Source: Pseudomonadota bacterium (lineage in GTDB: Bacteria; Bdellovibrionota_C; UBA2361; OMII01). From it: a stretch of DNA of 64,000 bases. How positions within the stretch are numbered: position 1 is the stretch's first letter; every line of letters starts with the position of its first letter. Under the pieces are notes generated by a model. That model worked only from the letters and a program-made list of their open reading frames with translations. It had not been told where the DNA came from and made no database searches. The position numbers and the translations under genes are program-made. Shown piece by piece: positions 18,261 through 28,098 of the stretch. The stretch covers positions 1-64,000 of the forward strand of contig JAYPVM010000001.1 of the NCBI GenBank assembly GCA_038134595.1. Reading direction: 5' to 3'.

Positions 18261-19913
18261 ATGTCCTTAGCAGAAAATCAACAAAAGCCTGTCCGGAAAC
18301 TCCCTAAAGCTCAAATCACAGCCGATGTTAAATTAAGGCCCTGGCAGCAAGAGGCTTTTGGCACTTATCTTGACTGCCTTCTGAGGGGAGAGAGGTCACT
18401 ACTGCTCGAAGCTACTCCTGGTGCTGGTAAAACAACAGCGGCGTTAGTCTTTGCGCTCCATCAGAAAAGAAAACGCGGTATAGAGAGAATAGGAATCGTC
18501 GTTCCAACCGCGCACCTAAAAACCCAATGGGCACGCTCTGCTCTGGATCTCAATCTTCACCTAGATAGCGCATTTAGTAACAACCGAGCAGCTTTATCCA
18601 CTGACTACTCAGGTTTTGTCGTAACATATCAACAGGTCGCACAAAAACCTCAGCTCTTTCGACGTCTGACACAGAATGCATGCATCATTTTAGACGAGGT
18701 TCATCATGCTGGAGACGGGCTTTCTTGGGGTGACGGGCTTCGCTCGGCCTTTCAAGATGCTCATTTCCTACTGTGTCTTAGCGGAACACCTTTTCGAAGT
18801 GACAACGCGGCAATCCCCTTTGTCCCCTATGACGATGTCGGCTTTAGCCTTCCTGACTACTCATATGCGTACAGTCGCGCTGTCGAAGAGGGGGTATGTC
18901 GACCTACAGCATTCTTTACCTATGCGGGAGAAGTTTGTTGGAGAGAGGCGAACGGAGACGTATCTGCATGTTTTTCAGATGAACTTGACCACATAGGGCA
19001 ATCAAGACGCCTACGCGCTGCTCTTGATCCGGATAGTGGCTGGATCGAACCGATGCTTCGAGACGCTCACACTATGCTTATGAAAACAAGACGTGAGCAC
19101 CCCGACGCGGGGGGGCTCCTTGTAGCGGCAGATCAAACAAACGCGCGAAAGCTCGCGCGACTCCTAAAGAAAATAACGAATACTAGCCCTGTAGTTATCC
19201 TCTCTGAAGAAGCACTGGCCGCAAAACGTTTAAAGGAGTTTAGAAATTCTCGGGAGCCGTGGCTTGTTGCGTGCAACATGGTGAGCGAGGGTGTTGATAT
19301 TCCACGGCTCCGGGTAGGTGTATACGCCACCACAGTTCGAACAAAGATGTATTTTAGGCAATTCCTAGGTCGAATCGTTCGACGTATTCCTACCCTAAAA
19401 GCACTCCAGGTCGCTTACTGCTATCTGCCAGCGGATCCAACACTCATTTCTCTAGCAGAGGAGATTGAGGACGAAATCAGACACTGCATTAGACCTCGTG
19501 GAGAGAGTGAATTCGACGACCGTAAGCAAGAAGCGAAAAACGACGACAAGCCCCCAGCGCCACAATGGGAGGCCTTAACCTCCCACAACTCAGGACTTAA
19601 CTCCGTGATTGTGCACGGTAATCAGCTCTCTCTCTTTGGGGGTGCGCCCGCTGAAGCCACTGCAATTGACGAAGTAGTGCAAGAGAAGGTAACCGCTCGC
19701 TTAGACGAAAAACGCACCCGCGCTGAGGAGAAAGCATTTCTTACCCAAGAGATGCGTAAGCTAGTGAATATGATACACAAACGAACCAAACAGTCTCACG
19801 CCCAAATACACGCACACCTAAACGCTCTGCAAAAAGTCAAAAGCCAGACATCCTGCACAGAGAAACAATTAAGAGAAAGGATACTGCTTGTTCGTAAAAT
19901 GCTGGTAAACTAA
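18261..19913 (+). CDS. SF2 DEAD/DEAH-box (ResIII-like) helicase
   Basis: LRPWQ, ATPGAGKT, ILDEVHH, LSGTPFRSD, MVSEGVDIPRL, QFLGR. Confidence 0.9.
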   Translation: MSLAENQQKPVRKLPKAQITADVKLRPWQQEAFGTYLDCLLRGERSLLLEATPGAGKTTAALVFALHQKRKRGIERIGIVVPTAHLKTQWARSALDLNLHLDSAFSNNRAALSTDYSGFVVTYQQVAQKPQLFRRLTQNACIILDEVHHAGDGLSWGDGLRSAFQDAHFLLCLSGTPFRSDNAAIPFVPYDDVGFSLPDYSYAYSRAVEEGVCRPTAFFTYAGEVCWREANGDVSACFSDELDHIGQSRRLRAALDPDSGWIEPMLRDAHTMLMKTRREHPDAGGLLVAADQTNARKLARLLKKITNTSPVVILSEEALAAKRLKEFRNSREPWLVACNMVSEGVDIPRLRVGVYATTVRTKMYFRQFLGRIVRRIPTLKALQVAYCYLPADPTLISLAEEIEDEIRHCIRPRGESEFDDRKQEAKNDDKPPAPQWEALTSHNSGLNSVIVHGNQLSLFGGAPAEATAIDEVVQEKVTARLDEKRTRAEEKAFLTQEMRKLVNMIHKRTKQSHAQIHAHLNALQKVKSQTSCTEKQLRERILLVRKMLVN

Positions 19914-20174
19914 CAACGGTCCGTAACTACCTAAGATAACGGCGTTTTATATTATTCTCGCTGTGATTTTCTCCAAAAGGCTTGCACAACGCCCCCAATC
20001 CCCTGTAATCATGAGGATCATAGGCAGGGGCTTTAAAAAGAGCCGATTCGAGTCAGCACTTTTTTTACTCTTTACCTAAAGACACTATATATATAGTACT
20101 TCAAAACTCTTACAAAAGAGCTGCGCGTACCACGTACTGCATAAGACGTAGACGCCATAGAACGAGATAAAGTT

Positions 20175-22925
20175 ATGTCAAAACGACTAGTTATAGTAGA
20201 GTCTCCAACCAAAGCCAGAACCATTGAGAAGTTTCTTCCAAACGACTTCACCGTACTCGCGTCGTACGGACACATTCGAGACCTACCCAACAGTGCCTCT
20301 GAAATCCCTGCTGATATCAAAAAAGAGAAGTGGTCTCGCCTCGGTGTAAACGTTGATTCCTCTTTCGATCCTCTCTATATCATTCCAAGCGACAAGGAGA
20401 AGCGCGTAAAGGAACTCAAGAAAGCTGTCAAAAACGCCTCTGAAGTCTATCTCGCAACCGACGAAGATAGAGAGGGAGAATCGATTAGCTGGCACTTATT
20501 GTCAGTATTAGAGCCAAAGGTGCCCGTTAAGCGACTGGTATTCCATGAAATTACCAAAAAGGCGATTGAAGAGAGCCTCTCTCACGCACGATCGATCGAT
20601 GAGAACCTGGTAAAAGCACAAGAGACACGACGAATTATCGACAGGCTCTACGGCTACTCTGTTAGTCCACTCTTGTGGAAGAAGATGGTACCTCGACTAA
20701 GTGCTGGAAGAGTGCAGAGTGTTGCTATTAGACTTCTGGTGCAACGTGAACGAGAGCGCGCAAAATTTCGCTCGGCAGATTACTGGGATATTAAAGCTCT
20801 GCTCTCTGCTCCCTCCAATCCAGCGCTACCCTTTGAAGCAGAACTTACGCACGTTGGAGATAAGCGAGTTGCCAGTGGCAAGGATTTCGACGCTAATACC
20901 GGTAAGCTTCTCGATAAACCTGATGTTATACTTCTAGATGAGAAATCCACTCTTGAATTAAAAGGCAGGCTAGAAGCATCCACACCTACAGTCAAAGAGG
21001 TTGAAAGCAAACCCTTCACTCAAAAGCCGTCGCCTCCGTTTACAACAAGCACAATGCAACAAGAAGCAAATAGAAAGCTTGGTTTCGGTGCAAAACGGAC
21101 AATGGGTGTTGCTCAAAAACTGTACGAGAACGGATTTATCACCTACATGCGTACGGATTCAACAACGCTTTCTCAAGAAGCTCTTACCGCGGCTCGAACG
21201 CTCATTGAAAGAGAATTCGGTAAAGATTACATCGATGCCTCACCGCGTATTTACAAAACTAAAGTCAAAAATGCGCAAGAGGCACACGAAGCGATTCGCC
21301 CCGCTGGTTCTGAATTCGCTCACCCTGATACAGTAAAGGCTCGTCTTGGAGATGAAGCATACAAGCTTTACGAACTTATTTGGAAACGCATGCTTGCGTG
21401 CCAAATGAAAGATGCTCAAGGAACAAGAGTGTCTGTAGCGATCGGAATAGATAACGCAAACTTTAGAGCAAGCGGTAAAACAATTTCATTTCCAGGCTTC
21501 CTACGGGCTTACGTAGAGGGCTCAGATGATCCAGAAGCCGACTTGGCAGAGCGCGAGAAAAATCTACCGGCTCTCACCAAAGGCGATGAGTTAGACGCGA
21601 AAAACTACGATGCTCTCAAACACTCGACACAGCCTCCAGCGCGCTATACCGAGGGAAGCCTTATCAAAGAGCTTGAAAAGCTCGGCATCGGACGCCCAAG
21701 CACATGGGCTACCATCGTAGATGTTGTACTTTCTCGGGATTATGCATTCAAGAAAGGGACAGCGCTGGTACCAACAATTCTGGCTATGGGGGTTACAGGT
21801 CTCCTTGAAGGATACTTCTCACACCTAGTCGATTATGAATTTACAGCTAAACTAGAAGACGATCTCGATTCGATATCACGTGGAGAACTCGACAACCAGG
21901 AGAAACTGCGGGCCTTTTACTTCGGTGAAGAGGGAAGCCTAAAGGGCTTAAAAGACCTTGTAACTGAGGGCGAGGAAAATATTGATCCACGAGTTGTTTG
22001 TGGAATAGGGCTCGGAAAGGGTTCTACAGGACAAGACCTAGAAGTTCGTGTAGGTCGCTACGGCCCCTTCCTATCTGATGGTGAAAACCGTGCAAGCGTT
22101 CCAGACTCGTTACCGTTTGACGAGCTAACAAGCTCTACGGCAGAGCAACTTCTTGCAGAAGCAGCCAAAGGACCAGAGTCTTTAGGAAACGATCCTGAAA
22201 CTAACTTGCCAGTGTATGTTAAAAAAGGTCGTTTTGGACCTTATATCCAACTGGGAGACATGGTTGAAGGTGGCGAGAAGCCCAAAATGGCGTCCCTGCT
22301 CCCTGGCCTAACGCCCGCAGACATCACGCTTTCTATCGCGTTAGATATTCTTTCGCTTCCGAAACAGATTGGTGTACACCCAGAGAATGAAGCCGAAATA
22401 ATGGTATACAACGGTCGCTATGGTCCCTACATCAAATGCGGATCTGAAAGTAGAACCATCCCCACAGAGGAGTCACCACTAACCATAACACTTCAGCGAG
22501 CACTTGAACTTTTAGCTCAACCAAGAACGAGGGGACGTGCAGCCAGCCAACCAAAAACCTTAAAAGAGCTCGGCAAGCATCCTGATTCACAGGAAACGAT
22601 ATCGCTAAAAAGCGGCCGATACGGTCCCTACGTTACAGACGGCACCACAAACGCTTCGCTTCCTCAAGGAGCAGATGCTGAAGCGCTCACACTTGATGAA
22701 GCCGTTGAACTAATCAGAGCACGGGCCGCAAAAGGCCCCGCCAAGAAGAAGCGCGCAACAAAGAAATCTACTACTACTACTACAAAAAAGAAGACATCAA
22801 CTTCAAAAACTACGAAGAAAAAAACAGAAACTAAAAAGACTCCTACTAAGAAAGCGGCAGCAAAAACGACTAAGAAAAGCACAGCCAAAAAAGCCACTAC
22901 CAAAAAAGCTGCCAACGCCGAGTAA
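20175..22925 (+). CDS. topA: DNA topoisomerase I with C-terminal repeats and a Lys/Thr/Ala-rich tail
   Basis: IVESPTKA, ATDEDREGE, SAGRVQS, ITYMRTDS (catalytic Tyr); four GR(Y/F)GP(Y/F) C-terminal repeats. Confidence 0.98.
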   Translation: MSKRLVIVESPTKARTIEKFLPNDFTVLASYGHIRDLPNSASEIPADIKKEKWSRLGVNVDSSFDPLYIIPSDKEKRVKELKKAVKNASEVYLATDEDREGESISWHLLSVLEPKVPVKRLVFHEITKKAIEESLSHARSIDENLVKAQETRRIIDRLYGYSVSPLLWKKMVPRLSAGRVQSVAIRLLVQRERERAKFRSADYWDIKALLSAPSNPALPFEAELTHVGDKRVASGKDFDANTGKLLDKPDVILLDEKSTLELKGRLEASTPTVKEVESKPFTQKPSPPFTTSTMQQEANRKLGFGAKRTMGVAQKLYENGFITYMRTDSTTLSQEALTAARTLIEREFGKDYIDASPRIYKTKVKNAQEAHEAIRPAGSEFAHPDTVKARLGDEAYKLYELIWKRMLACQMKDAQGTRVSVAIGIDNANFRASGKTISFPGFLRAYVEGSDDPEADLAEREKNLPALTKGDELDAKNYDALKHSTQPPARYTEGSLIKELEKLGIGRPSTWATIVDVVLSRDYAFKKGTALVPTILAMGVTGLLEGYFSHLVDYEFTAKLEDDLDSISRGELDNQEKLRAFYFGEEGSLKGLKDLVTEGEENIDPRVVCGIGLGKGSTGQDLEVRVGRYGPFLSDGENRASVPDSLPFDELTSSTAEQLLAEAAKGPESLGNDPETNLPVYVKKGRFGPYIQLGDMVEGGEKPKMASLLPGLTPADITLSIALDILSLPKQIGVHPENEAEIMVYNGRYGPYIKCGSESRTIPTEESPLTITLQRALELLAQPRTRGRAASQPKTLKELGKHPDSQETISLKSGRYGPYVTDGTTNASLPQGADAEALTLDEAVELIRARAAKGPAKKKRATKKSTTTTTKKKTSTSKTTKKKTETKKTPTKKAAAKTTKKSTAKKATTKKAANAE

Positions 22926-22939
22926 GTGTTGCACGACGC

Positions 22940-24214
22940 TTACATCATCCGCTGTAGGACATACACTCCAGCACCTGCGAGGTATCCAGCAACAGCAAGA
23001 AAACTCATCTTCTTTAGATACCAGAAGAAGTTGACCTTTTCTAAGCCCATCGCTGCTACGCCTGCTGCAGAGCCGACAATAAGAGCACTTCCACCGGTCC
23101 CTGCACAGTATGCTAGGAACTGCCAGAAAAAACTGTCTATCGGAAAATGATTAAGCGTATACATTCCTTGCGCTGCCGCTACCAAAGGCACGTTGTCGAT
23201 AATCGCCGAGAGAAGTCCGATTGTAAGCCCAAGCAAAACGAGATTACTGACTGCATGCTCTAGCCACGTGGCTACATACGCCAAAATACCCGTAGATTCC
23301 AATGCCGAAATTGCGAGAAGAATCCCCAAAAAGAATAATATGCTGGGGGTATCTATCTTTCGAATGGCGTGGTTTACCGAAAGCACCCCTTTTTCAGCTT
23401 CATTTTTATCTCCATGAATAAATTCCGTCAGAACCCACATCAGCCCCAATCCAAAGAGCATTCCCATAAACGGTGGCAGACCAGTAACAGTTTTGAAAAC
23501 TGGTACCATAAACAAGACGCCAACCCCCAGGCCAAAGACCGTTCTACGCTCAAATGCGGTAGAGCGCATAGTGCGCATCTCTCGCTGTTCCATTGGCTCT
23601 ACAACGCCTCTCATCTGAAAGGAAAGAATCGCTAGTGGAACCACAACACACACTAAACTAGGCACGAACAACCCCTTTATTATCGGCATTACCGTGATCT
23701 GCCCTCCAATCCACAACATTGTCGTTGTCACGTCTCCCATCGGAGACCACGCTCCTCCCGCATTTGCAGCGATAACCGTCAATCCCACAAAAAACAATCT
23801 ATCTGATTTGTGGGGTATTAGCTTCCTTAAAACACTAATCATTACAATTGTGGTTGTAAGGTTATCAAGGATGGCGGAGAGAAAAAACGTCACCAACGAT
23901 ATCAGCCACATGAGCCTCACTTTGCCCTGTAATTTTATTCGCGAGGTTATAATGTCAAATCCATCGTGAGCATCGATAAGCTCCACAATGACCATAGCTC
24001 CCAACAGAAAGAACAAGATGCCCGAAAGTTCTCCCATATGCCTCTCAAGCTCATGGACGATTTGATGCGCATCACCGTTTGAGAGGATGTATACAATCCA
24101 GCAGGCTATTCCGGTTAGCAGCGCGGGGGCGGCCTTGTTAATCTTAATTGTATGTTCCAGAGTGATGGCGCTGTATCCGAGGATGAAAATTGTAATAAGT
24201 AATGTAGTTGCCAT
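22940..24214 (-). CDS. nhaD: Na+/H+ antiporter, NhaD family
   Basis: LDNLTTTIV, ANAGGAWSPMGDVTT, IDNVPLVAA, GTGGS..GSAAGVAAMG. Start placed at ATG 24214 (GAGG RBS). Confidence 0.9.
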   Translation of the reverse strand: MATTLLITIFILGYSAITLEHTIKINKAAPALLTGIACWIVYILSNGDAHQIVHELERHMGELSGILFFLLGAMVIVELIDAHDGFDIITSRIKLQGKVRLMWLISLVTFFLSAILDNLTTTIVMISVLRKLIPHKSDRLFFVGLTVIAANAGGAWSPMGDVTTTMLWIGGQITVMPIIKGLFVPSLVCVVVPLAILSFQMRGVVEPMEQREMRTMRSTAFERRTVFGLGVGVLFMVPVFKTVTGLPPFMGMLFGLGLMWVLTEFIHGDKNEAEKGVLSVNHAIRKIDTPSILFFLGILLAISALESTGILAYVATWLEHAVSNLVLLGLTIGLLSAIIDNVPLVAAAQGMYTLNHFPIDSFFWQFLAYCAGTGGSALIVGSAAGVAAMGLEKVNFFWYLKKMSFLAVAGYLAGAGVYVLQRMM

Positions 24215-24361
24215 GCCGAGAAACCTCTCTCTCTCTCTTTTCAAACCTTCGAAAGTGCTGAACTGTACGCTCTGTAGCTCACAAAGATTTGAGTGTTTCG
24301 TTAAACTATAGGCAGTTGACAATCACCCTACAAGAGAAAGACGAAGAGCGTGAGGAATATC

Positions 24362-25573
24362 CTACGAATTACCAAAAATTCGCCTCAATGCGAAGAATCT
24401 TGCCACTAAACTAGGCTCTAATCCGAAAGAATGAGAGAGCTGCAGCACCTGTGTTACATTTTCTCGCACTTTATTGCGCGTCATCGCCTTCGCTTCGACC
24501 ACCTTTGCCTTGTTCTTGAGGTTCTCTTCGTTGGAAACTTCAGAGGTCATTTCAACAAAAGCGGCGATGATACCGCCAGAATTTACGATAAAGTCTGGAA
24601 GCACCAGAACTCCCCTCTCATGCAGAATGCTACGAGTTGGCGGCTTACACGGACTATTCGCTCCCTCAACGACCATACGAGCCCTTACAGATGAAACAGT
24701 ATCCATAGTAATGACATCTTGTACCGCCGCAGGAAACAAAACATCCACATCCTGAGCCAAAACAGCCTCTAATGCCAACTGCTCTCCTTCATCCTGAGCT
24801 AACGCTCTAGCTCGCTCTACGTCATGGCTGGCTATCGCGCTACATAACTCTTTACTCGCTCCCTCTGAAAATATCCAGCATCCCCCTAAGGAAGGATCAG
24901 CTATCGATTTGAGAACTCCACCAGCCTCACTAAAAAAACGTACAATAGCCGCTCCCATCGCTCCAGCACCCTGAACAGCAAACGTTGCCCCGTGCGCCGA
25001 GACTCCCTTGGATTCAAGTCCGCATACGGCCGCCTCACTCACTCCGTATCCAGCGATTCCTTCCCGGTCGTAATCGGTTCCACCGAGCTCAATTGATTTT
25101 CCGGTAAAACACCGATACGAATTCAGTTCATCGCAAACCCATTCGGCGTGCTGGGGCTTCACACCAATATCAAAACCAAATCCACCCCAAATACCACCCC
25201 GCTCCACGAGGAGCGGACTTACAAGTTGCGCATATCTTCGAAGGCGTGTTTCAAAACCTTCTGACCTGGGATTATCGCAAAGGCCAGACTTTGCTCCTCC
25301 AATCGGCAATCCAGCCGCTGCGTTCTTGAGCGCCATAATACGAGCAAGCATTTTGATTTCATCAAGCGAAGTTGCAGGTGTGATTCGAGTGCCACCTTTA
25401 CCGAAGGGGGCAAGACTCCCTGTATTTTCACGCGGTGTATTCCAAACGACCACAAATCCCTCAACCCCTAGCCGTGGGTCACGCACCGTGATTTCCAGCT
25501 CGGGTGCGAGATTATTAAAAGACCGCTCAAGCTCTTCAAGTTCCTGTTTAAATTGTGCTTCTGAAATATTCAT
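24362..25573 (-). CDS. Glu/Leu/Phe/Val dehydrogenase family protein
   Basis: GKGGTR, GGAKSG, VQGAGAMG Rossmann motif, EGANSP, PDFIVNSGG. Confidence 0.85.
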   Translation of the reverse strand: MNISEAQFKQELEELERSFNNLAPELEITVRDPRLGVEGFVVVWNTPRENTGSLAPFGKGGTRITPATSLDEIKMLARIMALKNAAAGLPIGGAKSGLCDNPRSEGFETRLRRYAQLVSPLLVERGGIWGGFGFDIGVKPQHAEWVCDELNSYRCFTGKSIELGGTDYDREGIAGYGVSEAAVCGLESKGVSAHGATFAVQGAGAMGAAIVRFFSEAGGVLKSIADPSLGGCWIFSEGASKELCSAIASHDVERARALAQDEGEQLALEAVLAQDVDVLFPAAVQDVITMDTVSSVRARMVVEGANSPCKPPTRSILHERGVLVLPDFIVNSGGIIAAFVEMTSEVSNEENLKNKAKVVEAKAMTRNKVRENVTQVLQLSHSFGLEPSLVARFFALRRIFGNS

Positions 25574-25775
25574 CGAGTAGCCTCTTATCCTTCATTCTAT
25601 CACGGTCACTTCATTCCCCTCTAGCGGTAAATTAGCTAAAGAGTCTCTCGCTCAGGAGACCTTTGAAAAAAGTTATTGCGAAAACAATTTTTTGTTTAAT
25701 AAGAATTTGTTGCATGCTATTCTGACAAATACTGCAAACGAGGCTAATCTCATTTGCATCAAGAGATAAACCCAT

Positions 25776-25988
25776 ATGAATCAGGAAGTACACAACAGAA
25801 TAGCTCATTGCTCCGTCAAGCATACGGTTATGTATAGCAGCATGACATGTGCAAACGACTATGCGGTAGCGAGTGCCTTCCTACGCGCCTCCGCAGCTAA
25901 GGGGTATACCACTCCCGCTGGGACAACCCCCAAAACCTACGCACCAAAACAATCTCATATGGGTAGAAGTATTAGTTTTTCTCTGTAA
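25776..25988 (+). CDS. Possible upstream/leader ORF (70 aa) in the MFS 5' region
   Basis: Lies downstream of a TG-extended -10 (TGCTATTCT, 25715-25723) and a 5' hairpin; no recognisable homology. Confidence 0.3.
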   Translation: MNQEVHNRIAHCSVKHTVMYSSMTCANDYAVASAFLRASAAKGYTTPAGTTPKTYAPKQSHMGRSISFSL

Positions 25989-26242
25989 GTCATTCGCCGA
26001 GGATGTAGCCTCGAACAAATTTAAATTCACTTAAAAATAGTAACGCTCTCTCTAGAAAGCGGATGAAAACTATTTTGCTGAGACCAAGGCGGCTTCACTG
26101 CCATTCTCTTGCTCAACTCTCCTTTCTCCTCCCGTTTCGCTGCACCGTCGGCGGATGAAATACGCAAAGGTTTACATATTAGTACGGCATGAGGTCCTAG
26201 TGCTTAGGACTCTTCATAACCGTGCGCAACAAGGGGTTTACG

Positions 26243-27427
26243 ATGAATAGTAAAATGTTTAGACGAAATCGGATCATTATGCTTGCACTAACAGTTGCTC
26301 GCTTTTCGATGGCGGCGGGTCTACCGTCGATTACAGAGCTCTGGGCATCAAACGGCTTGAGTCGCGGAGATTTTTATCTCTTAGAGATACTCTTTGCGCT
26401 CTCTTTGCTTGTGCTCGAAATTCTGACCGGTAGGTTAGCCGATCGATTCGGAATCGTGCACACGCTCCGGCTCGGCTTCCTGGCTATTCTGCTGGGGACT
26501 AGCGGTTACGTATTCGCCGGTTCCTTCAGAGATTTTTTGATAGCTGAGATCTTCCTTGCTCTTGGCTTAGCATTAACCTCTGGAACAGACGAAGCGTGCA
26601 TGTACCAATCGAGCAAGGCGATTAAAGAGACTGATTCTCATCAATCGTGGTGGCTTGCCAACACGTCGGTAGGATTTGTCTCGATGGCACTTCTCTCGAT
26701 TGCAGGTGGCTTTTTAGCAGTGCAAGGGAGTGCGGCTCCTTTCGAGTTTGCTGCGATTCTTGTCTTGCTAGGGCTCCTTCTCTCCCTCGGGTTGGTGGAG
26801 CCTCCAAAAGATAGAACTATTGTCGCAACAGAAAGGGCGCAACTCCTTCGGGCAATCTCCGCAGTGCTGGTAGATTGTCCAAACGTGCGATGGATGTGCT
26901 TTGCTCCAGCGCTCATCATGACGCTTAACCAAACGTTTCTCTGGATATATCCGGAGATGCTAAAGGGGTGCGGGCTGTCGATGGATGAAAGCGGCTGGGC
27001 ATTTGCTCTCTTTAATGTAGTGGCGGGTCTATCAGCACTGCATGCATGGAGAAGCAAGAGAGCACGCGCGTCGGAGACAGCAGTCTTGTTCTTTCTCGGC
27101 ATTGCACTGGCATGCAGTATATTCGGACTACTTACCTTTGAGGGGAGACTACTATGGCTTTTCATAGTACCTCAACAGGTGGTGCGTTCCATTGCTGGAC
27201 CGCTCTTTAGTCAACGGATAAACGATGGCATTCCAGATGATGTTCGAGCCACAGCGTTAAGCATACGAAACGCTGTGCGAGTAGCCATCTATGTGTCTGT
27301 CATGATTCCGTGGTGGCTCTGGATAGATGCCTTAGGGCTACGAGGAATGTTCCTCGTTAACTTAAGTATTCTGGTTTTGGGGCTAACTGTCCTGTGGAAA
27401 ACATCTCCTAAGCGGCAGTCAGCCTAG
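26243..27427 (+). CDS. MFS transporter
   Basis: EILTGRLADRFG (motif A), SGTDEA, RATALS; about 12 TM segments. Start at ATG 26243 with AAGGGG RBS. Confidence 0.9.
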   Translation: MNSKMFRRNRIIMLALTVARFSMAAGLPSITELWASNGLSRGDFYLLEILFALSLLVLEILTGRLADRFGIVHTLRLGFLAILLGTSGYVFAGSFRDFLIAEIFLALGLALTSGTDEACMYQSSKAIKETDSHQSWWLANTSVGFVSMALLSIAGGFLAVQGSAAPFEFAAILVLLGLLLSLGLVEPPKDRTIVATERAQLLRAISAVLVDCPNVRWMCFAPALIMTLNQTFLWIYPEMLKGCGLSMDESGWAFALFNVVAGLSALHAWRSKRARASETAVLFFLGIALACSIFGLLTFEGRLLWLFIVPQQVVRSIAGPLFSQRINDGIPDDVRATALSIRNAVRVAIYVSVMIPWWLWIDALGLRGMFLVNLSILVLGLTVLWKTSPKRQSA

Positions 27428-27447
27428 AAGGTTTTTAAATCTTTCTG

Positions 27448-27481
27448 GCACAGAGGGTGATAAACCCTCTGTGCTTTTTTT
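27448..27481 (+). terminator. Rho-independent terminator after the MFS gene
   Basis: Perfect 11-bp stem GCACAGAGGGT/ACCCTCTGTGC with a 5-nt loop, followed by a run of T. Confidence 0.9.
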
Positions 27482-27550
27482 CTTTATGTACCCCACGACC
27501 TTGCACATAACCTATAGCTTTAGCGCTCAATACATGGTCTGGTACGACTT

Positions 27551-28087
27551 ATGGCACACATCTTATTTATCACAGGCAACCTTTTACTAGCCGCATACTT
27601 CTTCTACACCATTTTGGCCATCTGGCGAGGGGCGCCTCCTATTCCTACACTCAAGCGTACTCGGCAAACCATGCTTAAACTTGCCGAGATACAACCGGGT
27701 AATCTTGTAGTCGATCTCGGTTCTGGCGACGGTCGGATGCTTATCGCGGCCGCTCGCGCAGGTGCTACTGCAATCGGCTATGAACTAAATCCTTTTTTAT
27801 ATTGGTTCTCAAAAGCACGGGTAAAAATTCTCGGGCTTTCAGGCCGGATAACAATACACAGAGAAAATCTTTTTACTGCGCCGTTTGAAGAAGTAGACGT
27901 AATCACTGCCTACCTAGGCCCCAAACTAATGAACCAACTTGAGCCTATTGTAAAAGAGCGAATGAAGCATGGGAGTAGGTTTATTGCAAATACCTTTCCA
28001 TTTCCTAATCTCATCGCTAAAAAACAGAGTGGAAAAGTGTATCAATACATACTTGAACAAACAGAATCACCGCAAGCACAGCGCTAA
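27551..28087 (+). CDS. Membrane-anchored class I SAM-dependent methyltransferase (FAM173-like)
   Basis: N-terminal TM helix, GAPPIPT, VVDLGSGDGR, GYELNP. Confidence 0.85.
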   Translation: MAHILFITGNLLLAAYFFYTILAIWRGAPPIPTLKRTRQTMLKLAEIQPGNLVVDLGSGDGRMLIAAARAGATAIGYELNPFLYWFSKARVKILGLSGRITIHRENLFTAPFEEVDVITAYLGPKLMNQLEPIVKERMKHGSRFIANTFPFPNLIAKKQSGKVYQYILEQTESPQAQR

Positions 28088-28098
28088 AATCGACAGCT

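Noticed and set aside
24225..24238. (CT)n run upstream of nhaD as a phase-variation tract
   Set aside because: Only about 6 units and doubles as the GA-rich RBS region; too short to argue for slippage.
26030..26170. T-box or c-di-GMP-I riboswitch in the MFS leader (AGTA, GGATGAAA, ACGCAAAG fragments)
   Set aside because: No TGGNACCGCG T-box sequence and no GGCAAAC-P2-GAAA architecture; kept only as an unclassified structured leader.
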